From: Mobula hypostoma
Lineage: Eukaryota
Direction of reading: 5' to 3'
Length of the DNA stretch: 64,000 nucleotides
Assembly: GCF_963921235.1 (NCBI RefSeq)
Contig: NC_086108.1
Coordinates: forward strand, 73,224,001-73,288,000
This document shows positions 13,400-27,423 of the stretch, in pieces. The notes below the pieces were generated by a model. That model had not been told where the DNA came from. It searched no databases and saw only the letters and a program-made list of their open reading frames with translations. Position numbers and translations under genes: made by a program. How positions within the stretch are numbered: the stretch's first letter is position 1; every line of letters starts with the position of its first letter.

Positions 13400-15300
13400 T
13401 TGTGTCCAGATTAGGATGATATGGATGAAGAAATTTCTGATAGGCCTTTGTGGATCGCTTCAATTGGGCACAATCTGTGAACCATATTTTAGGAGAATCG
13501 TAAGTATTTTCAAGGGAATATGAAAATTTATTAAAATGAATGCAAGGATGAGGCCTTTAGTTATGTGGATAGATTGGATTGTTTTATTTGGAACAGAGGA
13601 GAACATAGAACAAAGAACCTAGAACATTTAACAAGACAACACAGGAACTGGTCCTTCAATCCACAATGTCTGAGCCAAACAGAACGTCAAATTAAACTAA
13701 TCTCTTCGGCCTCTAAATGAACCATATCCCTCCATTCCTGTGTCTATCTGAAACACCATCTGTTTCCACTACAACCCTGGAAGCCCAATACTGCGTAAGA
13801 AATTTGCCTCGCACATCTCCATTTCCCCTTCTTATCTTAAGTGTCCTCTAGTATCATGCATTCAACCTAGAGAAAAAAAATCTGACTGTCTGCCATATCT
13901 ATGCCTCTCATAATTTTATAAACTTCTATAGTTAAATTAATTAATTTTATAGGCTATTGCAAGAAGACCTAATAGGAGAGTTTAAAATTATGGAAGTTCT
14001 AAAGAGAAACTGGTCCCGTTGCAAGAGCCAGCAGATATTGAATAAAGGTTATGAACAAAAGAACCAAAAAGTTCCAGGAGTAATAGTTGAATTAAGTTTA
14101 ATTGTGGGGAGTCAATTAAAAATCCTAAATTTTAGACAGAGGTACGGGGAGAAGATGGGTGTGTTCGTACAAGGATTGCTTTTGCATAGCACCGGCATGG
14201 GTGAGAGGTCTAATGGCTTCCAACAATGTTGTGAACACCTTCTGAAAACACAGAATTATATCTACCATTTCAAACTTAGCTGTCACTAGTGTGTCCAACA
14301 CACATATGCTAGACCCATTAGTACAATGGTAAGCATCAGGGTCGGGGAATGGGCTATGGAATCCCCATTGTTTGCTCTGTAGAGCATGGTATTACATGTC
14401 TCCAGGTACAGCAAGGTTAAAGAAACATTCTGCTTATTACCCACTACTGAGATGGAGCAAACTGATTTAACAGGAATTCATAAGGTTGAGCATCAGTTTG
14501 AATAGAGCTTTGAGGAAGAAGTTCAAGTCTGGAGAGGAACAAAACTGGAAGAAAATACCTTTGCATCAAGAAATGATGGACTGAAAGTGAGATCACTGAG
14601 CATCAAACATAGAAAACCCTATGTGCAGGCAGCAGGACATCGATCTAAACTAATCCACCTGTCTGCATATTGTCTGCTCTGCATCCCTGTTCATGTGTTA
14701 CCTAAATGCCTCTTAAACAATGCTATCATATCTGCTACTATCACCACCCTGCCACATGTACTTACTACTCTCTGTAACAACACCAACTTCCAAATCTCAT
14801 TTAAGCTTTGCAATTCTCACCTTAAACCTACGTCCTCAAGGATTTGACATTTCCACACTGCAGAAAAGGCTCTGACTCTCTATTCTATTTATGTCTCTCA
14901 TAAATTTATATATTTCTATCATGTAGTTCCTCAGCTTCCAAAGCTTCAAAGGAAATAATTCAAGTTTGACAACCTCTCCTAATAGCAAATACTCTATAAT
15001 CCAGGTGACATTCTAGTAAACCTCCTCTGCACCCTCTTCCTATGGACTCGAATTACAGACATTACTCCAAAAGTGGCCTAACCAAAGATTTGTACAGCTG
15101 CAACACTATTTCCCAACTTCTAAATTCTGTGCTCCAACCATTGAAGGCAAGGATACCTTCTGATTTATTTGCGTTGGCACTTCCAGGGATCAATGGACTT
15201 GCACCTGATGATCCCTCTGTATATTAATGCTCCATAAAACTTGACATTTACTTTATACTCTTGCTTTTGATTAAACCCACCTGCCATTTCTCTGCCTGAA
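13400..15300. mobile_element. Cluster of old CR1-like 3' fragments (both strands)
   Basis: Degenerate similarity to the CR1 3' ends elsewhere in the window. Confidence 0.5.
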
Positions 15301-15314
15301 TTTCCAACTCATCT

Positions 15315-15901
15315 ACACTCACTGGCCACTTTTTAGGTACACCTGTATACCTGCTCATTAACTCAAACATCCAATCAGCCAATCATGCGGCAACATCTCA
15401 ATGCATAAAAGCATGCAGACATGGTTAAGACATGGCATTCATCACTCCCCACTAATCTCCCTCCCGGCACTTATCCCTGGAACTGGCCAAAGAGCTATAC
15501 TTGCCCATTCACATTCTCTCTCACCTTGCTTCAGGGCCCCAAACAGTCCTTCCATGTGAGACAACATTTCACCTGCGAATTTGCTTGGGTCGTCTATTGT
15601 GTTCAGAGCACCCGATGCAGCCTTCTCTACATTGGTGAGGCCCATCATAAATTGCAGGACCAATTCGTCGAGCACCTCTGCTCCATCCATCAGAAGTGGA
15701 ACTTCCTGGTGGCCAAACATTTTAATTCTGATTCCCATACCTGTTCTAACATGTGTAGCTAAAATAACCATGTGTTATAACAGTGGTATGCAGAAGAGCT
15801 TCTCTGAATGCACAACACGTCATTGCTTGCAGTGGGTGGGCTACAGCAGCAGAAGATCACACTGGTTTCCTCTCCTGTACCTAGTAAAGTGCCGTTGAGT
15901 A
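15315..15901 (+). mobile_element. Non-autonomous Tc1-like element interrupted by a Penelope fragment
   Basis: Termini cactcactggccactttttagg and cctagtaaagtgccgttgagta. Homologous to 26280-27138. Confidence 0.6.
15435..15752 (+). mobile_element. Penelope-like GIY-YIG endonuclease fragment
   Basis: FTCEFAWVVYCVQSTRCSLLYIGEA..FVEHLCSI..VAKHFN (ORF 15421-15762). Confidence 0.85.
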
Positions 15902-16099
15902 TTCATCCTGCTGTATCCTTATATAGCCTTCTTCACTACCCACAATTCTGCCACTGCTCATGTCATCTTCAAAGTTACTCACTAAACTACCTACATTTAC
16001 ATCCAGATCATTAATGTCTGGTCAGTGCTTCTCCATAAGAGGCCTTTGTACAAAGTGCAGAGGGATCGTTATGGGACAGGATTGGCCACAGACTTCCAA

Positions 16100-17135
16100 T
16101 TAGAAAAAATACTGTACACTGCTACAACTATCCCACTGTCTTCTCAAACCTAGCCAATTTTAGATCAAATTTACTGACACAAAATGCATCCCAGGTGACT
16201 TAATCTTCTTGATCAGCCTACCGCAAAGGTCCTTGTCAAATGTTTTGTCTAATTATTCATTTAGACAACATCAACTATACCACCCTTATCATTCATCATC
16301 ATCAAAAGATGGTCAAGTTTATATTACAGAGCCACTCTCAGAGAAGACATGCTGTGTAACCCTAATAAGTCCATGTGCTTCCCAATGCTGGTAAACCTGT
16401 CCCTGAGAATCTTCTCTAACAATTTCTCTACCACCGACAGAAGGTTCACCAGCCTATAATTTCCTTATTTATTGTTGTTGCTCTTCTTAATAAAGGAACA
16501 ATGCTGACTATTTACCAGTCTTCTGGTACTTCACCCATGGCTAAGGGGGATACAAAGGTCTTTGTCAAGGCCTCAGCAACCTCCTTTCCTCAATGTCCTG
16601 AAATAGATCCCATCAAGCCTTAGCTACCTATCTACCTTAATGCTATTTAAGACACCCAACACCTCCTCTTTCTTAATATTGACATGCCCTAGAATATCAC
16701 CTTAACCCTCCATAGTGTCAGCATCATCTGTGTCCTTCTCTTTTCTGAATACCAATGCAAACTACTCATTAAAGACCTCACTCACTCCTCATGAAGGGTC
16801 TCGGGACAAAATATTGACTCCAGCATTTTGTGTGTGTTATTCTAGATTTTCAGCATCTGCAGAATCTCCTGTGTTTATCATTAAAAAACTCACCCACTTT
16901 TCCGACTCCACATAATAAACCCCATGCTTTGTCCTTGAGTGGATTTACCATTTCCCCAGCTATCGGTAACTCACATATTATATGTCTTTGGATCCTCCTT
17001 AATCCGACTTGCCAAGGACATTTTATTGATCCTTTTAGTCCTCCTAATTTCTTATTTAAGTTCTTTTCTGCTTCCTTTATACTCCTTAAGTAGCTTATCT
17101 AATTTCAGCTTCCTGAACCATACATATGCTTCCTC
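16100..17135 (-). mobile_element. Very old CR1 ORF2 remnant with a Penelope tail inserted (~16785-16875)
   Basis: Degenerate similarity to the CR1 copy at 45400-46150. Confidence 0.5.
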
Positions 17136-20100
17136 TCTGTAAAGAAAATAATGTCTTTGAAAGGCATTTGCAAAATACATTCTTTTGACTAAAAGTAGTA
17201 TATAATGTGATGATAAAATCACATCATATAATTTCACTGATGTGTGACATGAAGGAGCAATTTATTGGTTATTGCTTCATTAGAAATTTAGGAATAAATT
17301 GTCTTGCACTTTTCATAAATTATGGGTACTTAAATTTTAGATAATCTACAAAATGATAAAAGACGATATTTCCTTGCAAAAGATTGTCAGGATTGTCATT
17401 ACTGACAAAATAATTGCATTGCATTTAAGTTTTCTGAAAAGGAAGCTTTTGTTTGTTTCCTGAGTAAACCTAATCTTCTTAACAAGGCTTTTGATAATGT
17501 TGTTAAATGACAACAAGGCTTAAAACCTCTTTCTTGATCCAAAAAAAAAGCACTGATAGTCAAGTTAAACAACAAGGCAGCATTCTGCGATTTCACATCA
17601 ATGTCAAACATTCTACAGATCTGGCAAACAGCTGTAGAATTGAAACTAAAAAAATAGCATTAAGATTACATTTTAACAGTGGCATTAAAGAGATAACCCT
17701 GCAAAGAAAGTTTATTGTCCTAAATTAATATATTACACTTTATTATGCAGTTTGAAAAAATAAGTATCATCTTTAAATCTGTTAAACCTAAGCACAAATG
17801 TATTAATTAAAATGGAAGTCTCCAGAGGAAATGACTGTGGCCACATTTGTGGTTTTCTACTGCCTAAGAATATTCAATGTATGAAAGTTTCTTTTCCTCA
17901 AAACTTCCATTAACTACCACAGCTTTTGTTATCCAGTACTTCTGAATCAGAGCGTTTGTTTCAGTTCATTTAACTTTAAAAGTATAGATGTCATGACAAT
18001 GTTATGTTTTTTTCCATACAAGGGATAAGTTAAATCAAAAGTTTAGCTGATTATTCTATTGTTAAATGAGGAAAAGCATTCATCAGTAGTGCATAGGTTG
18101 GTAATTTAAATATGTTATGGATTTCTTGGAACAATTCTGTCAAATTACTTTAGTAACACATTGTTTGATTGCTAAGCAAAATAGAAGAAATTGCAATCTC
18201 CATCTTGATTTGATATCTAAAATTGCCTATTCGACTTTGCCAATTCTGTTTTGATTTCAATTTTTTAAATTATCATTACTGTCTTTTCTATATCTGTGTT
18301 TTGACAAATTGTGTATCATTTTCTTGTTAACTAAAACAGGCTTCTGTAGCCCCATAGCCTTATTTAAATCAAACACCCCAATCACCTGAAATAATCGTAC
18401 AATCATAATACACTTACTTGATTGCATCCACTCTGTGATCTTGTGCAGTTTTCATATTTGCAAAAAGTAGAACAATTAAACTATCTCTCACTGCAGTTCG
18501 ACAATATACTTTCAGTTAACCTCAAATTACAACAAAGCTCAAAATCTATTTGTATCATTTCATTCTATGATAAGTTTACATATAAAAGCAGGACCAAAAT
18601 GACTTTTCTTAGAGAACAGACTTTTATCCATTATTAGTTGTGTATGATGACTGAAACTTTTTATTTTTAATGGGTTCGAGAGATGGGCTGTCAATTTGCT
18701 TTCATCCATTTTACACTGTTACACCAAGTCAAGTCTATTGTCTTTTATTTTGTAATGTATGTGATGTAATGTCCCTGTGGATAGAAGAAAGTAAAACATT
18801 AAATACCAAAAAAGATAATATAAAAGTGTACATCATTATACAAATATTATGACTATTCCAGTGTTTATATATAAAAGCCCTTATTTTAATGTGTTTTTAG
18901 TAGTATGACCATTATGTGTACTACACAATACAATTTATGTGATTGAATAGTTTGGAAATATAAACTATGGGCTTAGCACATGATTGCAGTATCTGTGATT
19001 TTCATTCTAATCATCATACATATGAAACTCTAAAGCACAGAGATACCCGCACTTAGACTGCAGTGACCAAATGCATGTAATATATACTTCTTCTGTAATG
19101 CTTCTCTACATACCTCTTCTATCATGTTTATCCTTGCAGCTTTCAGGCAATAAAATCAGGCGCTCTGGGAACCTGGCTCTGATAGGATTTCTTCAAGTTA
19201 GGTGCTCTCTCCTTGCAGTAACTCTCCCCTGTGCTCCCCCACGCCTCCACCAACACCCCTCCAACCAGCAATCACCCGACATACCTAAATCTGCGGTTAT
19301 CCCAACACTATTGTGTTTTGGGAGGGAACTGCTTTAAACTGTTTCATGTTCAGAGTGGGATATACACAATATGTGTTTTTCCTCTATGTCTTAAAACTGT
19401 TCAGTCTTTGCCTAATGCTTGAATAAAACTCTTTCGTACTGAAACAGTCTGTTCAGCCAATCATATTCACTCTATGAAGGATTTGCCCATTTTAATCGTA
19501 CAGCTCAGATTTTCACTGTTGTAGTGTACATGAGTGATCACATGAGTACATGTGATCTTAAGAAATATATGCACAGGCAACTCCCCCATTTACGAGGAGA
19601 GAGATGGATTTCATTCAAGAAAATGGGCCATATCACCATTTTCCACAATGGAAAGATGCATCATCTGCATATCCATCAAGAATTGTGAGTTGAAAAAAAT
19701 AAATTTTGTGTTTATTTATTTACTTTTAGCATGTAAATTCTATTAGAGTGAATTTTATGCAGTATCTCAAATGCTGTATATGGGTGGTAATTTGTGAATT
19801 CTTTAAGGGGAATTTCTGCAAAACGAATGACCATAATGTCGTAGTTACCTGTACCGGTTACTATTAACTTGCTTCACCATTATACCTGCCATATCCAGAA
19901 GCTCAGTACTGGCTCCCGCCAATAAAGAATTCTGTTGGTTTCTTGCCTTAGTGAATTCCAACTTGGCCATAGACTGTAAACTCATAGCCCAGCAAATTAG
20001 TTCTCTTAGTAGATGTCCTCATGCTTTGTTAAATTTCTATTCTGCACCACAAACTGAAAACTCGAGAGATGTAAAAGTTGGAAATTAGAGCAAAAACTGA

Positions 20101-20548
20101 GTTGCTGGAGAAACTCAATGGGCTGTACAGCATCTGTGAAAGGAGATGGACAGTCAGTGTTTCAGGTCAACACCCTTCAGCTCCTTGTCTGCTTTAAAAA
20201 CTCTTCAAGTTAAGGCACCATAGCTTAATAACTGTCTGAGTGAATAAATTGTCTTTCAGTTCCCTCTCTCACTCCCCAGACAATTACTGTATGTTAAATC
20301 AAAACAGATTCAGGTTTAATATCATTGGCATATGTTGTGAAATTTGTTAACTTAGTAGCAATGCAATATATGATCATATAGAAAAAATAAAGTATGGTAA
20401 GTATACATATATGTACAGTACATTAAATAGTTAAATTAAAAATAGTGCAAAAACAGAAATAATAAAAGTGAGGTAGTGCCCTTTGGTTTCTGAACCAACA
20501 TTCACAACACTTGTCATTGACCCACATTTGTGATGTCACTAGAGTCAT

Positions 20549-22150
20549 AAACATAGAAACATAGAAAATAGGTGCAGGAGTAGGCCATTCAGCCCTTTGA
20601 GCCTGCACCGCCATTTATTATGATCATGGCTGATCATCCAACTCAGAACCCTGCACCAGCCTTCCCTCCAAACCCCCTGACCCCCGTAACCACAAGGGCC
20701 ATATCTAACTCCCTCTTAAATATAGCCAATGAACTGTCCTCAACTGTTTCCTGTGGCAGAGAATTCCACAGATTCACCACTCTCTGTGTGAAGAAGTTTT
20801 TCCTAATCTCGGTCCTAAAAGGCTTCCCCTCTATCCTCAAACTGTGGCCCCTCATTTTGGACTTCCCCAACATCGGGAACAATCTTCCCGCATCTAGCCT
20901 GTCCAATCCCTTTAGGATCTTATACGTTTCAATCAGATCCCCCCTCAATCTTCTAAATTCCAACGAGTACAAGCCCAGTTCATCCAGTCTTTCTTCATAT
21001 GAAAGTCCTGCCATCCCAGGAATCAATCTGGTGAACCTTCTTTGTACTCCCTCTATGGCAAGGATGTCTTTCCTCAGATTAGGGGACCAAAACTGCACAC
21101 AATACTCCAGGTGCGGTCTCACCAAGGCCTTGTACAACTGCAGTAGTACCTCCCTGCTCCTGTACTCGAATCCTCTCGCTATAAATGCCAGCATACCATT
21201 CGCCTTTTTCACCGCCTGCTGTACCTGCATGCCCACTTTCAATGACTGGTGTATAATGACACCCAGGTCTCGTTGCACCTCCCCTTTTCCTAATCGGCCA
21301 CCATTCAAATAATAATCTGTTTTCCTATTTTGCCACCAAAGTGGATAACTTCACATTTATCCACATTACATTGCATCTGCCATGAATTTGCCCACTCACC
21401 CAACCTATCCAAGTCACCCTGAATCCTCTTAACATCCTCCTCACAGCTGACAATGCCACCCAGCTTCGTGTCATCCGCAAACTTGGAGATGCTGCATTCA
21501 ATTCCCTCATCCAAGTCATTAATATATATTGTAAACAACTGGGGCCCCAGCACTGAGCCTTGCGGTACCCCTGCCATTCTGAAAAGGTCCCGTTTATTCC
21601 CACTCTTTGCTTCCTGTCTGCTAACCAATTCTCTATCCACATCAATACCTTACCCCCAATACCGTGTGCTTTAAGTTTGCACACTAATCTCCTGTGTGGG
21701 ACCTTGTCAAAAGCCTTTTGAAAATCCAAATATACCACATCCACTGGTTTTCCCCTATCCACTCTACTAGTTACATCCTCAAAAAACTCTATGAGATTCG
21801 TTTGACATGATTTTCCTTTCACAAATCCATGCTGACTTTGTCCAATGATTTCACCGCTTCCAAATGTGCTGTTATCACATCCTTGATAACTGACTCTAGC
21901 AGTTTCCCCACCACCGACGTTAGGCTAACCGGTCTATAATTCCCCGGTTTCTCTCTCCCTCCTTTTTTAAAAAGTGGGGTTACATTAGCCACCTTCCAAT
22001 CCTCAGGAACTAGTCCAGAATCTAACGAGTTTTGAAAAATTATCACTAATGCATCCACTATTTCTTGGGCTACTTCCTTAAGCACTCTAGGATGCAGACC
22101 ATCTGGCCCTGGGGATTTATCTGCCTTCAATCCCTTCAATTTACCTAACA
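20549..22150 (-). mobile_element. CR1 LINE, 5'-truncated, frameshifted ORF2
   Basis: KSPGPDGLHPR, NYRPVSLTSVVGK, YLDFQKAFDKV, GVPQGSVLGP, KFADDTK and C-terminal RPHLEYCVQFWSP motifs. (CTATGTTT)n tail. Confidence 0.95.
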
Positions 22151-22485
22151 GACCATGGCACAGTAAATGTCTCAAAGTCTCTCGAAAGTCCCATCATCTC
22201 ACGCAGACGGTGAACCTCCAGCGCCGCCAACTTGCCGATGCAGCATCCTGGAAGCATCCGACCACAGTCCGACTCCGAGTCCGTCCGAAAACTCCGAGCC
22301 TCCGACCACCTCTTCGATACCGAGCACCGAGCGCTTCGACCCTGGCCCCGGCAACAGGCGATACGCAAAGCCAAGGATTTGGGGCCTATGTCTCCGGAGA
22401 TTCTCGATCGCACAGTAGCAGCGGCAGCGAAGCGGGCATTTCAGAAGTTACTCCAGATGTTCCTCTGCGCTTCTCACGGTTATAT
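22147..22485 (-). mobile_element. Non-autonomous retroposon, copy 2, fused to the CR1 5' junction
   Basis: Homologous to ~3990-4320 and lacks its own 3' tail. Confidence 0.7.
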
Positions 22486-22889
22486 CCTTCTGAAAATAAT
22501 AGAACATCGAACACAGTACAGACCTTTCAGCCCATAATGTTATCCTGACCTTTAGCTGACTGTAAAATCAATCTAACCCTTCCCTCATACATAGCCCTCC
22601 ATTTTACTATCATCCATCTGCCTATCCAAGAGTTTCTTAAATGCCTCCAATGTATCTACCTCTACCATCACTCTGGTAGGCATTTCACACACCCACCACT
22701 CTCTGTTTAAAAAAACGTACCTCTGAAATTCCCACAAGACTTTCCTCCAACAACCTTGAAACTACAGCACTGTGCAAAACTCTTAGGCGTATATATTTAG
22801 CGAGGGTGCCCAAGACTTTTGCACCGTACTGCTGCCGCAAAAAAAAAGCACATTCTGTGATTTGGATATGGGTCTCAAACAAAAGAATA

Positions 22890-23505
22890 TTAGATTAGAT
22901 TATGAAGACACTCAGTCCTCGTTTATTGTCATTTAGAAATGCATGCATTAAGAAATGATACAATGTTCCTCCAGAGTGATATCACAAAAAAAGGACAAAC
23001 CAAAGACTAACACTGACAAGACCACATAATTATAACATATAGTTGCAGCAGTGCAAAACAGTACCATAATTTGATAAAGAGCAGACCATGGGTACGGTAA
23101 AAAAAGTCTCAAAGTTACGATTGACTCCCGATAGTCCCTGATAACAGGCAGCAGAAGGGAGAAACTCTCCCTGCCATAAACCTCCAGGCACCAACAACTG
23201 TCGATGCATTAGAAACACCCAACCACAGCCAACTCTGTGTCCCTCCGAAAACTTCGAGCCTCCGATCAGCCCTTCGACACCAAGCAGCGAGCACCATCTC
23301 TGCCGAGCGCTTCGACCCCATCCCAGCCGCCGAGCAACAAGCAAAGCCGAGGACTCGGGGCCTTCCCCTCCGGAGATTCTGGATCACACAGTAGCAGCGG
23401 TAGCGAAAAAGGCATTTCAGAAGTTTCACCAGATGTTCCTCCGTTCTCTCACGTCTGTCTCCATCAAATCAGGATTGTGCACGTCACCCTACTTGACAGA
23501 TAAAG
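22890..23505 (-). mobile_element. Non-autonomous retroposon, copy 3
   Basis: Homologous to 3790-4370, with a (CTAAT)n tail. Confidence 0.75.
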
Positions 23506-23509
23506 GTCT

Positions 23510-23960
23510 TAGAGCACTGTAACACAGAAACAGGATCTTTGATCCATCTAATCCATGCCGAAGTGTTATTCTGTTTAATCCAATCAACCCTCACTTGGAC
23601 CATAGCTCTCCCTACCCTTCCCATCCATGTACTTATCCAAACTTCTCTTTAATTTTGCAATCAAACCTGCATCCACTACTTCCACTGATAGCTAATTCCA
23701 CACTTGCACTGCTCGCTAAGCAAGGAGATACCCCTCAGATTATTCTTTCACCCTTAACCTATGACCTCTAGTTCTAGTCTTACCCAACCTCAGTGCAAAA
23801 AGACTTCTTGCATTAACCCTGCCTATACCGCTCATAATTTTGTACACCTGTGTCAAATCTCCTCTCATTCTCCTATGCTCCAAGAATAAAGTCTCAACCT
23901 CTTCAATCTTCCCCCGTCATTCAGGCCCAAAAGACCTGGCAATATCCTTGCAAATTTAAC
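23510..23960 (-). mobile_element. CR1-like 3' fragment
   Basis: Similar to 30143-30630. Confidence 0.65.
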
Positions 23961-24416
23961 TGAGATATGGAAGATGGGAATATAGGAGCAATAGGGTACA
24001 AACGAGAGAATGGGGCTTGATAACTCACAGTAGACAGCATTCTTCTACACAGAATTTTGAATTTCAACCATACACACATAAGCTAGCAAACATGCACAAT
24101 TCAATGTCACAATTATAAAAAGAAAACTATCAATGATTCCCATTATACAGAGAAATTTCCCAGCAACAGAAACTGTATAATTGACTTCAGGGGCCTGGAT
24201 TTCCTTCCGGCTGGCAAGTTAATTTGGAATTTTGCCGGTCTTTGTCAAACAACTGATGACCTGTTGCAACTTCCTGCAAAGGCCCTTATTTCAATACATG
24301 ATGAGTTTGGAACTAATCACACCACAGCTTTTAGTTTTAACCTGTTAAAAGCCTGCAATGTACCAATATTCACTGAGAAAAGAAACACCACAAAGACAAA
24401 AGTAGCACTGAATGCA

Positions 24417-24616
24417 AAAGACGTTGCACACTGAACTTAGAAAGTTCCCTTATTTGACTGGTCAGAAAAATCCCCTAGCATTGACAACCAGTGTGACACC
24501 TTCACCAGATCCTTAGATAACTTCTAAAGACGTTGCACACTCAACTTAGAAAGTTCCCTTATTTGACTGGTCAGAAAAATCCCCTAGCATTGACAACCAG
24601 TGTGACACCTTCACCA
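24417..24616. repeat. Two 91-bp direct repeats with an 18-bp spacer
   Basis: 24417-24507 and 24526-24616 differ by one substitution. Confidence 0.95.
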
Positions 24617-24963
24617 CTCTCTTGATTCTGCAATGTTGGCCACTGAACCCTTAGTGTAGATGACCTGCTGACAACATACTGCAGTCCAAGAAATGTCAAT
24701 GAGAATGAGAATTTATTCACGAAAAAGTTATTGAACAAAGTTACATAGACTCATTTATAATATCTGTGGAGGTGAACAAGCTGTCCAAGGCTGACTGTAG
24801 AGTGCTGCTGACCTGCGAGCTGAGAATACACAGAGTAGAAGCAGATCCTTCCAGTTTTCAGCCATGATGGTGAACCATTTGGCCATCATCCTAATACTCA
24901 GTAGAACTGTTCACATTAGTTAAACAGCTTTCATTGCAATGCCTTTGAACATTTTTGTATTCA

Positions 24964-25731
24964 ACATAGAAAACCTACAGCACAATACAGGCACTTCGGC
25001 TCACAATGCTGTGCTGAACATGTCCTTACTTTAGAAATTATCTCGGGTTACACTTGGCCCTCTATTATTTTAAGATCCATGTAACTATCCAGGAGTCTCT
25101 TAAAAGACCCTATTGTATCCGCCTCCACCACCGTCACCAGCAGCCTATTCCATGCACTCACCACTCTCTGCGTAAAAAACTTACCTGACATCTCCTCTGT
25201 CCCCACTTCCAAGCACCTTAAGACTGTGCCCTCTCGTGTTAGCCATTTCAGCCCTGGGAAAAAGCCTCTGACTATTCACACGATCAATACCTCTCATCAT
25301 CTTATACACCTCTATCAGGTCACCGCTCATCCTCTGTCACTCCAAGGAGAAAAGGCCAAGTTCATTCAACCTATTCTCATAAGGCATGCTCCCCAATTCA
25401 GGCAACATCCTTGTAAATCTCCTCTGTACCACTTTTGTGGTTTCCACATTCTTCCTGTATTGAGGCAGCCAGAACTGAGCACAGTACTCCAAGTGGGGTC
25501 TGACCAGTGTCCTTCATAGCTGCAACATTACCTCTTGGCTCCTAAACTCAATCCCATGATTGATGAAGGCCAATGCACCGTATGCCTTCTTAACCACAGA
25601 GTCAATCTGCGTAGCAGCCTTGAGTGTCCAATGGACTCGGACCCCAAGATCCCTCTGATCCTCCACACTGCCAAGAGTCTCACCATTAATACTATAGTCT
25701 GCCATCATATTTGACCTACCAAAATGAACCA
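24964..25731 (-). mobile_element. CR1 3' fragment
   Basis: HFGRSN..QRDLGVRVH..VVKKAYGALAFINHGIEFRS (ORF 25514-25732). Confidence 0.85.
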
Positions 25732-26279
25732 ACTGGGTAGAATTTCATCTGCCAGGATATTGGTTCACTTCTGATTCAACTACAACCTGTCCTTTTTATA
25801 CAGGTCATGCCTGCCCCAAAAGTGGTCCCAATGATCCAGAAACCTGAATCTGTGCCCCCTGCTCCAATCCCTCAGTCACATGTAACAAAGCCATGACATG
25901 AGGGACCTGGACTGTCCCCGACACCAGTGCATGGTGTTGGTAACTGGCGATGCACATTTCACCATGTGCAGATCCGTCTAACTCAGTCAATAACCTAACC
26001 AGGGTGTAAAGTAACGGCTTTCTAGAAGAACTCTTGTTCGAATACCCTTAATTGGATGTAGCAGTTGTCACAAGTCGTGAACAAAGAAAAGAAACAAGAA
26101 TTAAGATGAGAGACATTAAAAGGCAGATTGACATAGTCACATATTTTCGAGCTTTTCAGTGGTATTGAATCGAGGTCAAAGTGAGGACGGAGCCATGAGA
26201 CGATCATACAACAACAGTGGTGCTACTATTAGCATGAAAGGGATAAACAAAAGGTAAATATATATTTATGATGAGAATA

Positions 26280-27138
26280 TACAATCAGTGTCCACTTTAT
26301 TAGGTAAACCTATTTGTTAATACAAATATCCAATCAGCCAATTCTGTGGCAACAATTCAATGCATAAAAGCATGCAGACACTTAATTTTATTTCATTTAG
26401 AAATACATCATGCAACAGGCCTTTCTGGCCCATCAAACCATGTCTCCCAGTAACCCACTGATTTAACCCTAGCCTAATGACAGGACAATTTATAATGACC
26501 GATTAACCTACTAACCGGTACATCTTCGGACTGTGAGAAGAAACCAGAGCACTCAGAGGAAACCACATGCACACGCGATGTACATACAAACTTTGCTTTC
26601 AGAGGACGTCTAAACTGAACTCCGAACTTCAACACCTCGAGCTGTAGAGTCACAGTAAACTGCTACACTGTCATGGCACCAAGATGGTCAAGAGGTTCAG
26701 TTGTTGCTCAGACCAAACATCAGAATGGGGAAGAAATGTGATCTAAATGACATTGACCATGGAATGACTGTTGGTGCCAGAGGGAGTGGTTTGAGTTTCT
26801 CAGAAACTGCTGATCTCCTGAGATCGTCTCTAGAGTTTAAAGAAAATAGTGTGATAAACAAAAAACATCCCATGAGTTGCAGTTCTGTGGGCATAAACAC
26901 CTTGTTAATCAGAGAGCTCAGAGGAGAATGGCCAGACTGGTTCAACCTGATGGAAAGACGAGAGTAACTCAAGTAACCACACGTTACAACAGAGGTAACA
27001 GTGTAGCAGAGCATCTCTGAATGCACATCATGTCAAATCTTGAATCAGGTGGGCCACAGCAGTAGAAGACCGTGAACATATGCTCAGTGGCTACTTTATT
27101 CAGTACCTCCTGTATCTAATAAAGTGCCACTGCGTTTA
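26280..27138 (+). mobile_element. Internally deleted Tc1-like element containing a SINE (~26381-26680, V-SINE/HE1-like)
   Basis: TIR-like ends cagtgtccactttattagg and ctaataaagtgccactg. Transposase N-terminal remnant MGKKCDLNDIDHGMTVGARGSGLSFSETADLL. Confidence 0.7.
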
Positions 27139-27356
27139 TATGTCTTTGAATTGAAAGGTGTGATGGAAGAGGGGAAAATTCCGGTGTGCGTTGGGGAAGA
27201 GGAATGTAGAAATTGGTGGAGAAATGAAGAGCTCTACCTGGCTTTGATTCTTTTACAAGGTAGTTGAAAAGCTTCCTGTTCTAATGTAAATCTGGGGAGA
27301 GGGTAATACTGAAGCAGCTAATTTGTACCTTCGTACTGAAGTGATTTACTGGTTTC

Positions 27357-27358
<2 letters not shown>

Positions 27359-27420
<62 letters not shown>
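27359..27420. repeat. (GT)31 microsatellite
   Basis: Perfect dinucleotide run. Confidence 0.98.

Positions 27421-27423
<3 letters not shown>

Noticed and set aside
20620..21312. 230-aa plus-strand ORF
   Set aside because: Antisense shadow of CR1 ORF2.
24417..24616. CRISPR-like repeat-spacer-repeat
   Set aside because: Only two units of 91 bp, no cas genes, eukaryotic context.
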